From contig CAWFPL010000008.1 in NCBI GenBank assembly GCA_963817785.1, positions 912,463 through 976,462 on the forward strand: a stretch of DNA of 64,000 nucleotides, written 5' to 3'. This stretch comes from an uncultured Pseudomonadota bacterium (GTDB taxonomy: Bacteria > Pseudomonadota > Gammaproteobacteria > Burkholderiales > SG8-39). Both the position numbers and the translations under genes were made by a program. Within the stretch, counting starts at the first letter, position 1, and every line of letters starts with the position of its first letter. Shown in pieces: positions 57,809 to 64,000 of this stretch. The notes beneath the pieces are model-generated. The model worked only from the letters and a program-made list of their open reading frames with translations, searched no databases and was not told the DNA's origin.

Positions 57809-57837
57809 CATGTCTTGCAGAATTCTTACAAGACATG
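57809..57837. promoter_or_regulatory. AT-rich palindrome between the WYL gene and cas3 (operator candidate)
   Basis: catgtcttg-cagaattctta-caagacatg has perfect 9-bp arms around a GAATTC core. It begins 49 nt after the WYL stop. Confidence 0.4.
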
Positions 57838-58116
57838 CGGATCAATTCTGCGCGACCAGCGGCTTTCGTGACCGATTCAAGCGCTTGGCCTCGGAGCGCG
57901 ACGGCGCATAGACTGCCTACCGAAGGGCCGTGCGCCCGCATCGGCGAACGCCGGCCACTATCGCCCATTGATAGCGGCCGCGCGCAAAATCACCGAGCCC
58001 CTGAGCAGGGGGCCGCGCCGGGCACGAAACGCCGGCAGGGAGGAGCCGATGATTCGTCGCAGCGCCTGCGTTTACTTTATCGGGACCCCAGCGCTCACGT
58101 CGCCCCAGGCCGGCGC

Positions 58117-64000
<5,884 letters not shown>

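Noticed and set aside
57835-58116. The full 177-aa version of the ORF upstream of cas3, starting at ATG 57835
   Set aside because: The first ~95 codons have weak third-position GC bias, are Arg/Pro/Ser-rich with no structure, and start inside the palindrome region. Only the 3' third looks coding, and even that is tentative.

Overview
This is a GC-rich chromosomal segment that looks proteobacterial, judged from PEP-CTERM, Liv-type ABC, APE-type and IS content. All family names come from reading motifs in the supplied translations; no database search was run.

Layout:
(1) 1-9.1 kb, minus strand: part of an aryl-polyene (APE)-type lipid/pigment cluster. It encodes KR, two hotdog dehydratases, KS plus a KS-like partner, an MMPL exporter, a LolA-like protein, an acyltransferase, an AMP-ligase and an ACP. 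A BON lipoprotein gene follows.
(2) 9.9-12.3 kb: a TPP-dependent E1 alpha/beta pair and an 83-aa lipoyl-domain-only ORF. This ORF abuts a decayed integrase mini-island at 12.3-15.25 kb (integrase pseudogene, hicAB, a hypothetical, an Xis/AlpA-like remnant).
(3) 15.4-35.1 kb: a dense acyl-CoA/dicarboxylate catabolic region.
- An IclR-regulated operon with a split B12 acyl-CoA mutase, MeaB, an enoyl-CoA hydratase and a CoA-transferase.
- A Liv-type ABC importer.
- A MaoC hydratase, an acyl-CoA dehydrogenase and a CoA-transferase.
- Two tandem GntR/UTRA regulators and a PrpD-family protein.
- A glutamate-mutase-like GlmS/GlmE pair whose catalytic Glu appears replaced.
- A CoA-transferase pseudogene.
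(4) 36.3-39.6 kb: selC (tRNA-Sec), selB and selA.
(5) 39.7-43.6 kb: a LysR-controlled operon. It holds an uncharacterised 373-aa protein, a selenoprotein that ORF calling splits in two (in-frame UGA in the motif AIGD-U-GSCTSCC, with a SECIS-like hairpin), and a CoA-transferase.
(6) 43.6-56.8 kb: a mosaic of mobile DNA.
- Degenerate ~150-bp repeats.
- IS630 with a TA duplication.
- A PEP-CTERM protein gene.
- A group II intron 3' remnant.
- An IS21-like element with two extra small ORFs.
- An orphan phage TerS module.
- IS1595 with an 8-bp target duplication.
- A low-GC two-gene cassette of unknown function.
(7) 56.8-64.0 kb: a WYL regulator and the start of a type I-U (I-G) CRISPR-Cas operon (C-terminal-HD cas3, csx17, partial cas7u). 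No CRISPR array lies inside the window.

The most interesting candidates are the selenoprotein operon, the atypical GlmES-like mutase module, and the cassette and small ORF next to cas3.
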